The notes below the pieces were generated by a model. It had not been told where the DNA came from. It made no database searches and worked only from the letters and a program-made list of their open reading frames with translations. Both the position numbers and the translations under genes were made by a program. Of a stretch of 64,000 nt of DNA, positions 1-12,041 are shown piece after piece. This DNA comes from Octopus vulgaris (Eukaryota). The number at the start of each line of letters is the position of its first letter. Within the stretch, counting starts at the first letter, position 1. The stretch spans positions 9,548,001-9,612,000 of the forward strand of contig OX597838.1 in the NCBI GenBank assembly GCA_951406725.2. The letters run 5' to 3'.

Positions 1-356
1 GATAGGTGAAATATTCTATGTTATACATATGTGTATATGCACACGCTAAATGCACACATTTATGTGGAAGCAAACCCATATATATATGTATATGTACAGA
101 CAGTTCTACAGGCAAAAAGAAAAGGGCGTTCTCACACACGGAGTCAATTTATATAGCTTTAAATGATTTATTGCAACAGGTTGGCAAAGATAGAGACTCA
201 CGTACGTAAAAATTACGCTCCCAAGCACAGATAACACATACACGCATGCGCATGCCAACACCTGCTGACAGAAGATGTATGCGTATATAAATAATAGAAG
301 AGTATGTGTGATGCATGGCGTGTATATACAGATATATGTGCGCGTAGAGCGGGCAC

Positions 357-473
<117 letters not shown>

Positions 474-494
474 GAGAGAGAGAGATGTATATAG

Positions 495-534
<40 letters not shown>

Positions 535-892
535 ATACACACGAACACATTCATACACAAACAACTATAAACATGCATAGATGTATATATATATATATGT
601 ATATATGTGTATATAAATATATATATATACAGAGAGAGAGGGGGAAGAGGGAGAGAGAGAGAAACAGAATACATACAGATATATATGTTTAATTATATAT
701 GCATATATATGTGGCTCAGTAATTCTCTTTGTGTATGCAAATAAGTAGATATGTATTATGTGTGTATGTATGTATGTATGTATGTATAGAAAGATACATA
801 CATACATACACATACGTACACAAAAATATATAGGTATGCCTCTACATATATATGTATACATATATACATGCACAACACACATACATATATGC

Positions 893-927
<35 letters not shown>

Positions 928-1060
928 AAAATAGTAAAGTGTGAAAAAACGACAGAAGGCTTAAATGTTAAAAGATATATATATTTGTGTCAAAATGTCT
1001 GGAGAATATTGGAAACATTTTTTTTCCTTTCCTTAAAATGACATAATTTTTAAATTTTTA

Positions 1061-1100
1061 AAGAAATTACCGGTTTCGCGTGTAGCTTTTCAAATTTCTT
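1061..1100 (-). ncRNA. Minimal type I hammerhead ribozyme-like motif, U3:A8 core variant
   Basis: Minus strand reads AAGAAAT-TTGAAAA-GC-TACAC-GC-GAAA-CCGG-TA-ATTTCTT: 7-bp stem I, 2-bp stem II, palindromic stem III; lies in the PLE 3' end. Confidence 0.7.
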
Positions 1101-1235
1101 GTGACGTTATGTTTATATTGCATGGATTTATCGTTGTTTTTATTTCCAGGAGATTTCTAAATAAGGGGAGGTAGTGAGTGATTTTTTCCGGTGTAGGGGA
1201 GATAATCGCTTAAAAAATTTTTTTCCATTTCCTTG

Positions 1236-3130
1236 TTAATTTCTCTGTGTCAGTATGTTCGGATGGTTGAGTCTGGGTTTGTACTTTTCAATGAAGAATG
1301 TTTCCTTGTTCAGTCTCATTTGTGTTGATGATCCGAAAGCACATTGGTAAAATGGGAAGATTAAAAATTGTGGCAGTAGTTGCTTTGCGCATTTCTCAAT
1401 GTGCTCACTAAAAGGTATCATTCTATATTCTGGGAATGCAATCTGTTGTCGATGCAGTGTGCATCTGCGCCTGAGTGATAGTCCCGTGGAACCCACGTAG
1501 TCTTGGTGGCAGCCCGAGCATTTAATAACATAAATTATGTTTTCAGAGGCACAAGTAAAGTTAGATTTGATCTTAAATTTCTGTCCTTCTTTAAAGAAGA
1601 ATTCTGATCCTTCCAATAGGTTAGGACATGTTGCACAGTTCGATCTACCACATTTTTTTACTTTTGCATCCGTAATTTTAGAAGACAATTTTGCCTTTGT
1701 GAGAATCTTTTTAAGTGATTTAGGCTGTTTGTAGCTTTTAATGATTTGGTGTATGTTTAGAATTTCCCTTAATTTTGGGTTTTTATGAAGTATTGGTAAA
1801 TTCTGGGTGATGATGGTGAAGGCTTCTTTGTTTCTGGGGTTGTATGTAGATATGTAAGGTAGTATTTTCGGGGAAGGTGTGTTGTTGTGTTGAACTTTTC
1901 TTAAAGTTTCTATGTTGATTTCTGTTGCACGTCTGATCCCATCCTCTATGAGTTGAGCTGGGTAATGTCTGTCAATTAGGGTGTTTTTGAGTTCTTGCAG
2001 TCTAAAGTTCCTGGTATTTTGTTCTGACACTATTGTGCATATCCTTCTTGCAAGGTTGAAGGGTATGTTTGTTTTAGTGTGTCTTGGGTGGCATGAATTA
2101 AAAAGAAGGTATTGTTTGGCGTCTGTGGCTTTGTAAAAAATGTCTGTTTCTATTTTAAGGTTAATTTTTTTAATTAGTATATCCAAGAACGGGAGCTCCT
2201 TTTGGTTGTATTCCATTGTGAACTGTATATTTGGGTTTATGCTGTTCAATAGGTTTTTAAATTTTAGGAGTTTATCTATGTTTTCATTCCAGAGAATGAA
2301 ACAATCGTCTAGGAATCGTTTCCAATTCTCTTTTATGTATTGAGAGAGGGAGTTTCCAAAGATTGATAGAGATTCCTGGTAAATGATTATTTCCATGTAT
2401 CCCATTGTTAAGTTCGCAATGACTGGTGCTGCCCTTGTACCCATAGCAATTCCGGATTTTTGACGGTAAAATGTATTGTCAAACATGAAGTGGTTATTGT
2501 GTAGGATGAATTCAATTGATTTAGTAATGAATTCCTTACTGATCCTTTTTGGTATTTCTTCCGGAAATTGGTCTAACCAGAATTGTATTGCCTCCAGTCC
2601 ATAATTATGAGGTATACTGGTATACAAGTTGACTACATCAAATGAAACCAGGATTGTTTCTTCCTTGGTTTTTTTTGGAAGGTGGTTTAACATATCTAAG
2701 TCATCTCTGATATGGCTATCGATATGTTTAAGGAAGGGTTTCAAGAGGATGTCCATAAGTAGACTTAGTCTGTGTGTTTCACAGGTTGGGCCAGCTACAA
2801 TGGGTCGTAGTTTTAGGTCCCCCGGATTAGGTGTGTGTATGTATGTCTTTGGTGATTTTTTAATGGTTTCATTTATAATTTGACTTTTATGAATTTTTGG
2901 CAGACCATAGAAAAGGCTAGGTTTGCATTTAAAGTTTGTTAGGAAATCAATCTCTTTGGTTGTCAGTTCCTTTTCATGGGTTTTAATTAGTGAAGATAGA
3001 GTTTTCATTATTTTTTGTGGGGTGTAGTTGGTAATTTTTTCATAATGTAGGTCTTCATCAAGCAAGGAAATTACAAGATTTCTGTAGTATGATGTATCCA
3101 TTATTACAACTGCATTTCCCTTGTCCGCTT

Positions 3131-3131
<1 letters not shown>
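1236..3131 (-). CDS. Penelope-like reverse transcriptase + GIY-YIG endonuclease (631 uninterrupted codons, N-terminus missing)
   Basis: Motifs EADKGNAVVIMD, FYGLPKIHK, LRPIVAG, SFDVVNLYTSIP, QKSGIAMGT, RFLDD, LPFLD, thumb SCHP, Cys linker CGRSNCATC, GIY-YIG-type NIIYVIKCSGCHQDYVGST, terminal PRLN. The upstream part of the 735-aa ORF is translated microsatellite. Confidence 0.93.
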
Positions 3132-3162
<31 letters not shown>

Positions 3163-3228
3163 CACATATGTATATGTGTACATGTATATACACATATGTA
3201 TATACAAATACATACATACCTATGTATG

Positions 3229-3310
<82 letters not shown>

Positions 3311-3485
3311 CTGATATATATGCATACGCACACATACACAGAAATAAGTTATACGTACTTAAATCTACAGACACACACACACTCGCAGTCGTACAAATAT
3401 TTGAATGTCTAGAGACATTGATTGGCAGGATTTGCTCGCGCACATGAACGTATAAATAGACAGAAGCACAATGACACAGAGAAAA

Positions 3486-3524
<39 letters not shown>

Positions 3525-3959
3525 TGCATATATATATATATATACATACGTACATGCGCTGAAAAAATGGTCTCACAGGCACGAATAATTTAGTTCCCAG
3601 TTCTCGTGGGAGAGTTGATAGCAAACAGGCAAGATTTTGCAGCCAAATCGGCCTCAAATATTATCCGGCAGTCTTGATATTTAAATATATTTGATGAACT
3701 TAATAGTGTACATAATATTCTAGAATAGAAGGCAGGTCAGGTTTTTAACGATAAAAATGCCGGTTGTGAGCTCAGTTTTCGACACAAGAATATTTCATCT
3801 CAGTAAATACGAACGCAATTAAGGAATGGACGCAAGCTACAACATCAAGCGAGTAGACACTAACACTCATACAAAGCAATGGCGCTTTGCAAAGTTTTCA
3901 AAATACTCAGAAAATCTCCACCAAGTGACACTGACGAATTATCAAAAAAGAAATACATG

Positions 3960-4098
3960 TGCAGCCGTGGCTGTTGGTAAGAAGTTTGCTTTCCAACCAC
4001 ATGGTTCTGGGTTCAGTCCCACTGCCTGACACCTTAGGCATTTGTCTTCAACTGTAGTCTTGGTCCCATTAAAACTTTCAAAGTGGATTTGGTAGTCT
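3960..4098 (+). mobile_element. tRNA-derived SINE family A, 5' half, diverged
   Basis: A-box-like GTGGCTGTTGG and B-box-like GGTTCAGTCCC; homologous to the full copy at 61478-61894. Confidence 0.75.
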
Positions 4099-4124
4099 GC
4101 TATATATATATATTTTATTTCTTC

Positions 4125-4364
4125 TTTTGCTAGTTTCAGCTCGAGAGCTGTGGCAATGCTGGAGCACCACTGTTAGCTTTTCTACGCTTCCATTGCTTGA
4201 AACCTCCTCTGATATGTGGCATTTGCTGAATGAGGGTGTTTGACATTGCTACCCTCACCTGCCGCGAGATAGATTCATCCGAAACTCTTGACAGGAGGGG
4301 ATCCAGTTTTGTTTTGAAGACGCCTACATCCACATCATACAGGTCTCTCAGGCTTTTGGGGAAT
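4125..4364 (-). mobile_element. CR1/L2-group LINE 3' end fragment
   Basis: Translation PKSLRDLYDVDVGVFKTKLDPLLSRVSDE...SNTLIQQ is typical of CR1-group ORF2 C-termini; short 3' tail ending GCTGAAACTAG. Confidence 0.7.
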
Positions 4365-4365
4365 T

Positions 4366-4427
<62 letters not shown>

Positions 4428-4444
4428 TGTGTGTGTGTGTATCT

Positions 4445-4580
4445 TTATTCTTTTATTTTTTTATTTGTTTCAGTCATTTGAATGCGGCCACACTGGAGCA
4501 CCACCTGTAGTCGAAAAAATCAAACCAAGGACTTATTCTTTGTAAGCCTAGTACTTATTCTATGGGTGTCATTTGCCGTA
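4445..4580 (-). mobile_element. SINE family A, 3' part
   Basis: Matches TTGTTTCAGTCATTTGA...GCTGGAGCACC...GTAAGCCTAGTACTTATTC of the other copies. Confidence 0.75.
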
Positions 4581-4635
4581 TTATTATCTACTAGTTAGGA
4601 ATATACTTATCCGAAAAGTAGGCTTAGAATCATAG

Positions 4636-4676
<41 letters not shown>

Positions 4677-5194
4677 GTAAATATTATGACTAAATGGACG
4701 ATATATTTAAATAAATATATCAAGCTATTAATTTAAAGATAATTAATAATTAAATAATAGTAGTACAAATTAATCGAATTTATTGCTTGTAAATAACAGG
4801 TTAAGCTATCGATTTATCTTATATTGTTGTTTATAACTAAACACGGGGTTAAAAATGTAAATGAGATATGATAGATGGCAGTTACTAAAATATCCAATAG
4901 GATATCTTTTTTAATTATATAACTCCTTATATGGTATTTCAAGGTGTGCATACGCATGCTTTTCTTAACCAGCAAATAAGGAAGAATCGAGGGCGATGCT
5001 TTAATTAGATAAGCAAGGAGGGAGTAATGAGTAGTTAAATAATACGAATGAAAGGAACCGAAAAATACCAATAAAGCTACGCTTGTAATCTTCAGTTTAG
5101 AATTTGATTTGGAGAATGAACGGAATAGATTAGAAAACTAAATCAGTATAATGATGATCACCAAGAAGAAAACTAATTTTGAATGTTAAAATGT

Positions 5195-5330
5195 TTAATT
5201 ATTATCCACTGATGAGTTCCAAATGGCTTAATATGATAATGTGTATTGCTTTTGTTGAAATAAGTATTCTTCAAGTGTACACCTGAAACATGGTCTTTTG
5301 CGGCAGAAACAGCTGTCTGGTTTAATTAAA
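5195..5330 (+). ncRNA. Hammerhead-like motif with long stem II insert, in a probable PLE terminal fragment (~4676-5460)
   Basis: TTTAATT..CCA-CTGATGA-(~90 nt)-GAAAC-AGCT-GTC-TGG-TTTAATTAAA: canonical core halves, palindromic stem III, GUC triplet. The stem II closing pair is imperfect. Confidence 0.5.
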
Positions 5331-5460
5331 TAAGCAATCCATGTTAGCATCGAAACCGGATCCGTTTATTTGATGACGTTTCTTGGACTCCGTCTAATAA
5401 GCTGATCCTTCCAACGACTTTTTATTTATCTCTATTCATACCGAAATTAAAGGAATCCCG

Positions 5461-6140
5461 TCTCCTTCTTCTTCTTCAGCTTCTTCTTCTTTCTTCTTCT
5501 TCTTCTTCTTCTTCTTCTTCTTCTTTCTTCTTCTTCTTCTTCTTCTTTTTTTCTTCTTCTTTTTCTTCTTCTTCATCTTTTTTTCTTCTTTTTTCTTCTT
5601 CATCTACCTCTCCTTCTTCTTCTCTCTTCTTCTTTCTCTTCTTCTTTTTCTTCTTCTTCTCCTTCTCCTTCTTCTTCTTCGTCTTCTTCTTCTTCTTCTT
5701 CTTCTCCTTCTTCTTTTTCTTCTTCTCCTTCTTTTTCTTCTTCTTCTTCTTCGTCGTCTTCTTCCTCTTCTTCTTCTCCTTCTTCTTTCTCTTCTTCTTT
5801 TTCTTCTTCTTTTTCTTCTTCTTCTTCTTCTTCTTCGTCTTCTTCTTCTTCCTCTTCTTCTCCTTCTTCTTTCTCTTCTTTTTCTTCTTCTCCTTCTTCT
5901 TCTTCGTCTTCTTCTTCTTCTTCTCCTTCTTCTTTTTCTTCTTCTTCTCCTTCTTTTTCTTCTTCTTCTTCTTCGTCGTCGTCTTCCTCTTCTTCTTCTC
6001 CTTCTTCTTCTTCTTCTTTTTCTTCTTCTTCTTTTTCTTCTTCTTTTTCTTTTTCTTCCTCACCTTCTTCTTCTTCTTCTTCTTCTTCTTCTTCTTCTTC
6101 TTCTTCTTCTTCTTCTTTTTCTTTTTCTTCTTCTTCTTCG
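5461..6140. repeat. (TTC)n compound microsatellite with internal higher-order duplication
   Basis: Direct inspection. Confidence 0.95.
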
Positions 6141-6487
6141 CCGCCGCCCCCTTCCTCGGTTACTGCTGCTTAAACAATCAAAACCAAGAGCTCATAACAA
6201 ATTTTCTTTTGGTTACTACTACTACCTTCTACCTCCTACAAAACCTTCACAAAAGTAAAAGGGAAACAGACAGACAGGCAAAAAAAAAAAGGAAAATGTC
6301 CCGTGTATTTGAAAACTTTGGAAATATTTTTAAAAAAACATTCAATTTAATTTTCCCACAATTGTTTTTCTTACATTACTCTAAGCTGAAAAAGTTACAA
6401 AGGCTGAAACCGGTACTAAAATGTTCTTCGTGATAAAATTATTTTAACATTTTCTACCTTGTCATATTTTTCTTATATATATATATA

Positions 6488-7279
6488 AGGTGCGATGGGT
6501 AAATCTCACCATTTTATATTTTTAATTTCGCGCATGCGCATTGTTTTTGATTTTGTCAACTACACAATATAGGAGGGTCAGTTGGGTACCGTCTGTGAGA
6601 AAAACAGAACCATGACGCAATTGGATTTGTTAGAATTTGGAAACGACGTGCTGTACTGCTTGGCATTCGCGCCGGAAGCTCCAATACGAACATTTCAGAG
6701 TGTTTGGGTGTCAGTCTGAAGACAGTGCAATCTGAGTACATGTACCGAGAGTGATAAAAATCAAGCATCCAGTCAACATCATGGGGTTTGGAGTGATCAC
6801 TAATGATGGCGACATTATGCATCCATTCATCTTCCCTCACGGCCTCAGACTCAACACAGAGGCCTACATTAAGTTCCTGGAGGAGGTAGTGCTGCCCCGA
6901 GTCAAGAGGGTGGCTGCTGAAAAACCCTGTCTGACAACAGTCATGGCTGTCAGACAATTTCTGCGACCACATCACTCCTAACATCTGGCCCCTTAACTCC
7001 CCAGACTGCAACCCTCTTGGTTATTATGGGCGGGTCACTGAAGATGAACTGAAGACAATGATTATGGCAGCATTCACCAGCACAAACAAGGAAACCGTCC
7101 AGAAGAGCCGCAGGAAATTCCGAAGTCGTCTGGAAGCCGTGGTTAAAGTCAATGGCGATTATATTGAATAAATTTACTCTAGTATTTCAAGATATTTTTA
7201 TCTAATTTTGGTAAATATATCTGTTAAAATGAGATGTCAGTATTACTTTATTTTTTGCGTAATTTAGACGACACCCTGA
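6488..7279 (+). mobile_element. Tc1/mariner superfamily (maT/Tc1-like) transposon, internally deleted
   Basis: Fragments KHPVNIMGFGVITNDGDIMHPFIFPHGLRLNTEAYIKFLEEVVLP and NIWPLNSPDCNPLGY (WPxxSPDLNP motif); flanked by TA runs. Confidence 0.85.
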
Positions 7280-7304
7280 ATATATATATATATATATATA
7301 TATA

Positions 7305-7455
7305 TTCTTCTTTCAGTTTCCGTCAACCAAATCCACAAACAAAGCTTCGGTCGGCCCGAGGCTATAGTAGAAGACACTTGCGAAAAGTGTCACGCAGTGG
7401 AACTGAACCCGGAGCCATCCGGTCGAGAAGCAAGCTTCTCATTACACAACCACAC
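7305..7455 (-). mobile_element. SINE family A, 5' half
   Basis: CTTTCAGTTTCCGTC...GGAACTGAACCC homology to the other copies. Confidence 0.8.
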
Positions 7456-7700
7456 CTATCCAATGTCTTTTAAAATAACTCCATCTACTGGCCAACAACC
7501 AACGTGAAACATACCGTAACTTGATAACTGATGGTGGTGAAATATCAGACTAATTATTTCTGCTGTGAAATTAGAAGCCCTAAATATTTTCATATTTGTA
7601 TTAGTCATTAATCAGAAATAAGATATTTAATAATGCTATTTATGATATATAAAACTATATAAACATCACTTTATACTTTGAAGAACCTATAGTGAAGAGC

Positions 7701-7764
<64 letters not shown>

Positions 7765-7890
7765 GAGAAATGACCTCTATCAAGTAATTCAATAGTGAAA
7801 GACTTTATCTATATCATATAGAAAAATTTAAATATAGTATAATAAATATTATTTTTAAAAATCACTAAATTGAATAAACTTTCAATTGAC

Positions 7891-7959
<69 letters not shown>

Positions 7960-8037
7960 AACTTAAAGTTTATTTAATTTAGTAATTTTTTTGAATAATA
8001 TTTATTATAGTATATTTAAATTTTTGTATATGATATA

Positions 8038-8405
8038 ATAATAATAATGTTCGTCCTTCGGTTCGAAGATGACCAACTGACATCATCTGATGGAACTGAC
8101 GCCATGAGTCCGGAAGTGGCTGGTGAGGCCAATCCGGGCAAGGAAGCCCCTCCCACAGGTGGGGCAGAAGTGGGTAGGGGCCGTGCTACTGGTGCAGGCG
8201 GCTCTGGCTTTACGCATCTGACGTTTCTGCTCCGCTGACCGAATCCGTCCCTCCTCGGCTGTCCCTGCTCCCACGGTGATTGCGCTGCGCCAGGATGAGC
8301 GGTTGGCAGCAAGTGTCTCCCAGGTCTCTGTTCCGATGGAGAAGTCTTTGAGAGAGACCTTGAGACTATCCTTGTAGCGCTTCTTCTGCCCTCCGACTTT
8401 GCACC
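8038..8405 (-). mobile_element. RTE-clade LINE 3' fragment with (ATT)n tail
   Basis: GGQKKRYKDSLKVSLKDFSIGTETWETLAANRSSWRSAI...HFCPTCGRGFLARIGLTSHFRTH, a typical RTE/BovB-like C-terminus with a C2H2-like motif. Confidence 0.88.
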
Positions 8406-8499
8406 TGATAAAGTCTATATATATAATTGATAATCAAGAGGAGAGTGAAGATATATTTAAATCCAAACTTTTTATAAAGAAGTTTTCTCCGGCCTATAG

Positions 8500-8815
8500 G
8501 AGCACTCCGTCGTTTACGACGACGTGGGTCCCAGCTGATACGATCACCGGAGCAGCTTGCTCGTGAAATTAACATGCAAGTGGCTGAGCACGCCACAGAT
8601 ACATGTACCCTTAACGTAGTTCTCGGGGATATTCAGCGTGACACAGAGTGTGACAAGGCTGGCCCTTTGAAATACAGGTACCACTCATTTTTGACAGCTG
8701 AGTGGACTGGAGCAACGTGAAATAAAATGTCTTGCTCAAGGACTCAACGTGCCGCCAGAAATCGAACTGATAACTTTACGATCGTGGACAGAATATTCGA
8801 TCACTAAGTCACGTG
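8500..8815 (-). mobile_element. tRNA-derived SINE family B variant
   Basis: Shares its 3' ~170 bp with family B (9431-9757, 17932-18318); tRNA-like head with GTTCGATT on the minus strand. Confidence 0.75.
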
Positions 8816-8985
8816 CCTTCACTATGTGGGTTACATACGTTGAAGAAGGAGGTACAGTCAGATGATGTGACCTGCTTATACGATTGCCCACGAGCCATCA
8901 ATTTTCGTAAGTTCGTGCTACCAGACGGTGATATTTCAGCTTCTTTTTATTCACTTATATTCACACACACACACACGCGCGTACA

Positions 8986-9028
<43 letters not shown>

Positions 9029-9192
9029 GCAGAGATTCAACTCATTCTCCTTTCAAATTCACTCACTAATTGTAGCGGTCCTTCAGTATTTCTACTCCCT
9101 GTAAAAAAAACTTGGTATGTTGTGCCTCCAACCAGGCCTTTCGCGACACCTTTAAAGTTAGGAACTTTTCAGCACCACCTCGTGTGTGTGTG

Positions 9193-9271
<79 letters not shown>

Positions 9272-9333
9272 AAGTTATCTTATTATATATCTGTTTTTAT
9301 AAGCATCTATCATCAAATAGCTTATGTACACTG

Positions 9334-9424
<91 letters not shown>

Positions 9425-9430
9425 ATGGAT

Positions 9431-9757
9431 GGAAGCACTCCGTCGGTTACGACGACGATGGTTCCGGTTGATCCGAATCAACGGAACAGCCTGCTCGTGA
9501 AATTAACGTGTAAGTGGCTGAGCACTCCACAGACACGTGTACCCTTAACGTAATTCTCGGGGATATTCAGCGTGACACAGAGAGTGACAAGGCCGGCCCT
9601 TTGAAATACAGGTACAACAGAAACAGGAAGTAAGAGTGAGAGAAAGTTGTGGTGAAAGAGTACAGCAGGGATCACCACCATCCCCTGCCGGAGCCTCGTG
9701 GAGCTTTAGGTGTTTTCGCTCAATAAACACTCACAACGCCCGGTCTGGTAATCGAAA
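9431..9757 (-). mobile_element. SINE family B, 5'-truncated
   Basis: Near-identical to 17985-18312 and 47225-47553. Confidence 0.9.
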
Positions 9758-9914
9758 ATATATATATATATAGCCAAGCATACACACACACACACACAAA
9801 CACACACACGCGCGCGCACACACACACACAAATGGATGCTGAAAAACTTTGGGCTTTAAGGGTAGCCCGAAAGGCCCGTTTGGAGGCCCAACCTTCAGCA
9901 TCCCATCGTACATA

Positions 9915-10080
9915 TGACGGGCTTCTTTCAGTTTCCGTCCACCAAATCCACTCACAAGGCTTTGGTCGACCCGAGACTATATACTAGAAGACACTTGCCC
10001 AAGGTGCTACGCAGGGCGACAGAACCCGGAACAGTGTGGTTGGGAAGCAAGGTACTTACCACACAGCCACGCCTGCGCCT
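9915..10080 (-). mobile_element. SINE family A, 5' half
   Basis: Head GGCGCAGGCGTGGCTGTGTGG on the minus strand; CCTTGGGCAAG core. Confidence 0.85.
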
Positions 10081-10239
10081 ACATATACAATGATAGCAAA
10101 ATGTACGCACTTTGATATCTAAGACGCAAATAGACAGTAAAAGCCGAAAATAGACGTAAAGAGCCGAAAATAGACGGTAAGTTTGGATGTTAAAGAGATT
10201 CGCCTTGTATTTTCTGTGTTTTGGAATTCGTTTTTGAGC

Positions 10240-11436
<1,197 letters not shown>

Positions 11437-12041
11437 AAACCTCTGAGGACAATGAGCTTGATGTCTTTGATGTCGCAAGCGAACACGCTGAAGGAAGACT
11501 TATGAAGGAGATTGCAGAAGGGAACCGATGTTCCGTGAGGGTGGGGGGGAATGAAGGTTGTAGAAAGTGTGGAGCCGGGTTCGGGATTGGATACCGCACG
11601 GAAGACGAGAGGTGGAGAGAAGAAATGTGCTGGAGGTAAAAACCAGCCAGCCTCCGAGGAACAGAGGCCTTTATAGTAGCGGTGGAAACGTGAAAGATGT
11701 GAGGCAGCACGCCTCGTCGGTGCTGAGTGATGTATTTTAAATGAGGTGTGTGTGTGTGTGTGAGTGTTCTTGTTTCTGATTGTCTCTTACCACTTAACGA
11801 CCTATACTGTCTACGTCAACATAACTTAGAGTTTCGGCAATTAAGGAACCGATAAAATAACACACTTTCAAAACAAAAAAAAAAAATTATTAATTAAAAA
11901 TAAAATAAAATACAATTGGTGCCGGAGACGAAGTGATAGATTAAAATCCTTCAAGGCAATACTCCAGCATGGTCGGGCCGCAACCCAATAACCGAAACAA
12001 GAAAAAGACTGAAAAACAAATAAATAAAATACATTATACAT

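Larger units (their letters stand above)
925..3131 (-). mobile_element. Penelope-like retroelement (Neptune-type), 5'-truncated, with 3' terminal repeat (pLTR) region; inserted in (TA)n
   Basis: RT + GIY-YIG ORF followed by ~310 bp of 3' non-coding sequence containing a hammerhead-like motif; (TA)n directly abuts both ends (901-924 and 3132-3155). Confidence 0.92.

Noticed and set aside
3132-3443. N-terminal extension of the 735-aa ORF
   Set aside because: It translates (TA)n/(TATC)n microsatellite (YIYI, YLSI); the PLE is truncated at 3131.
9478-9730. Repeated near-identical small ORFs (MFIERKHLK..., MVVIPAVLF..., MRNWYLIY...) as a gene family
   Set aside because: They are chance ORFs inside young SINE copies.
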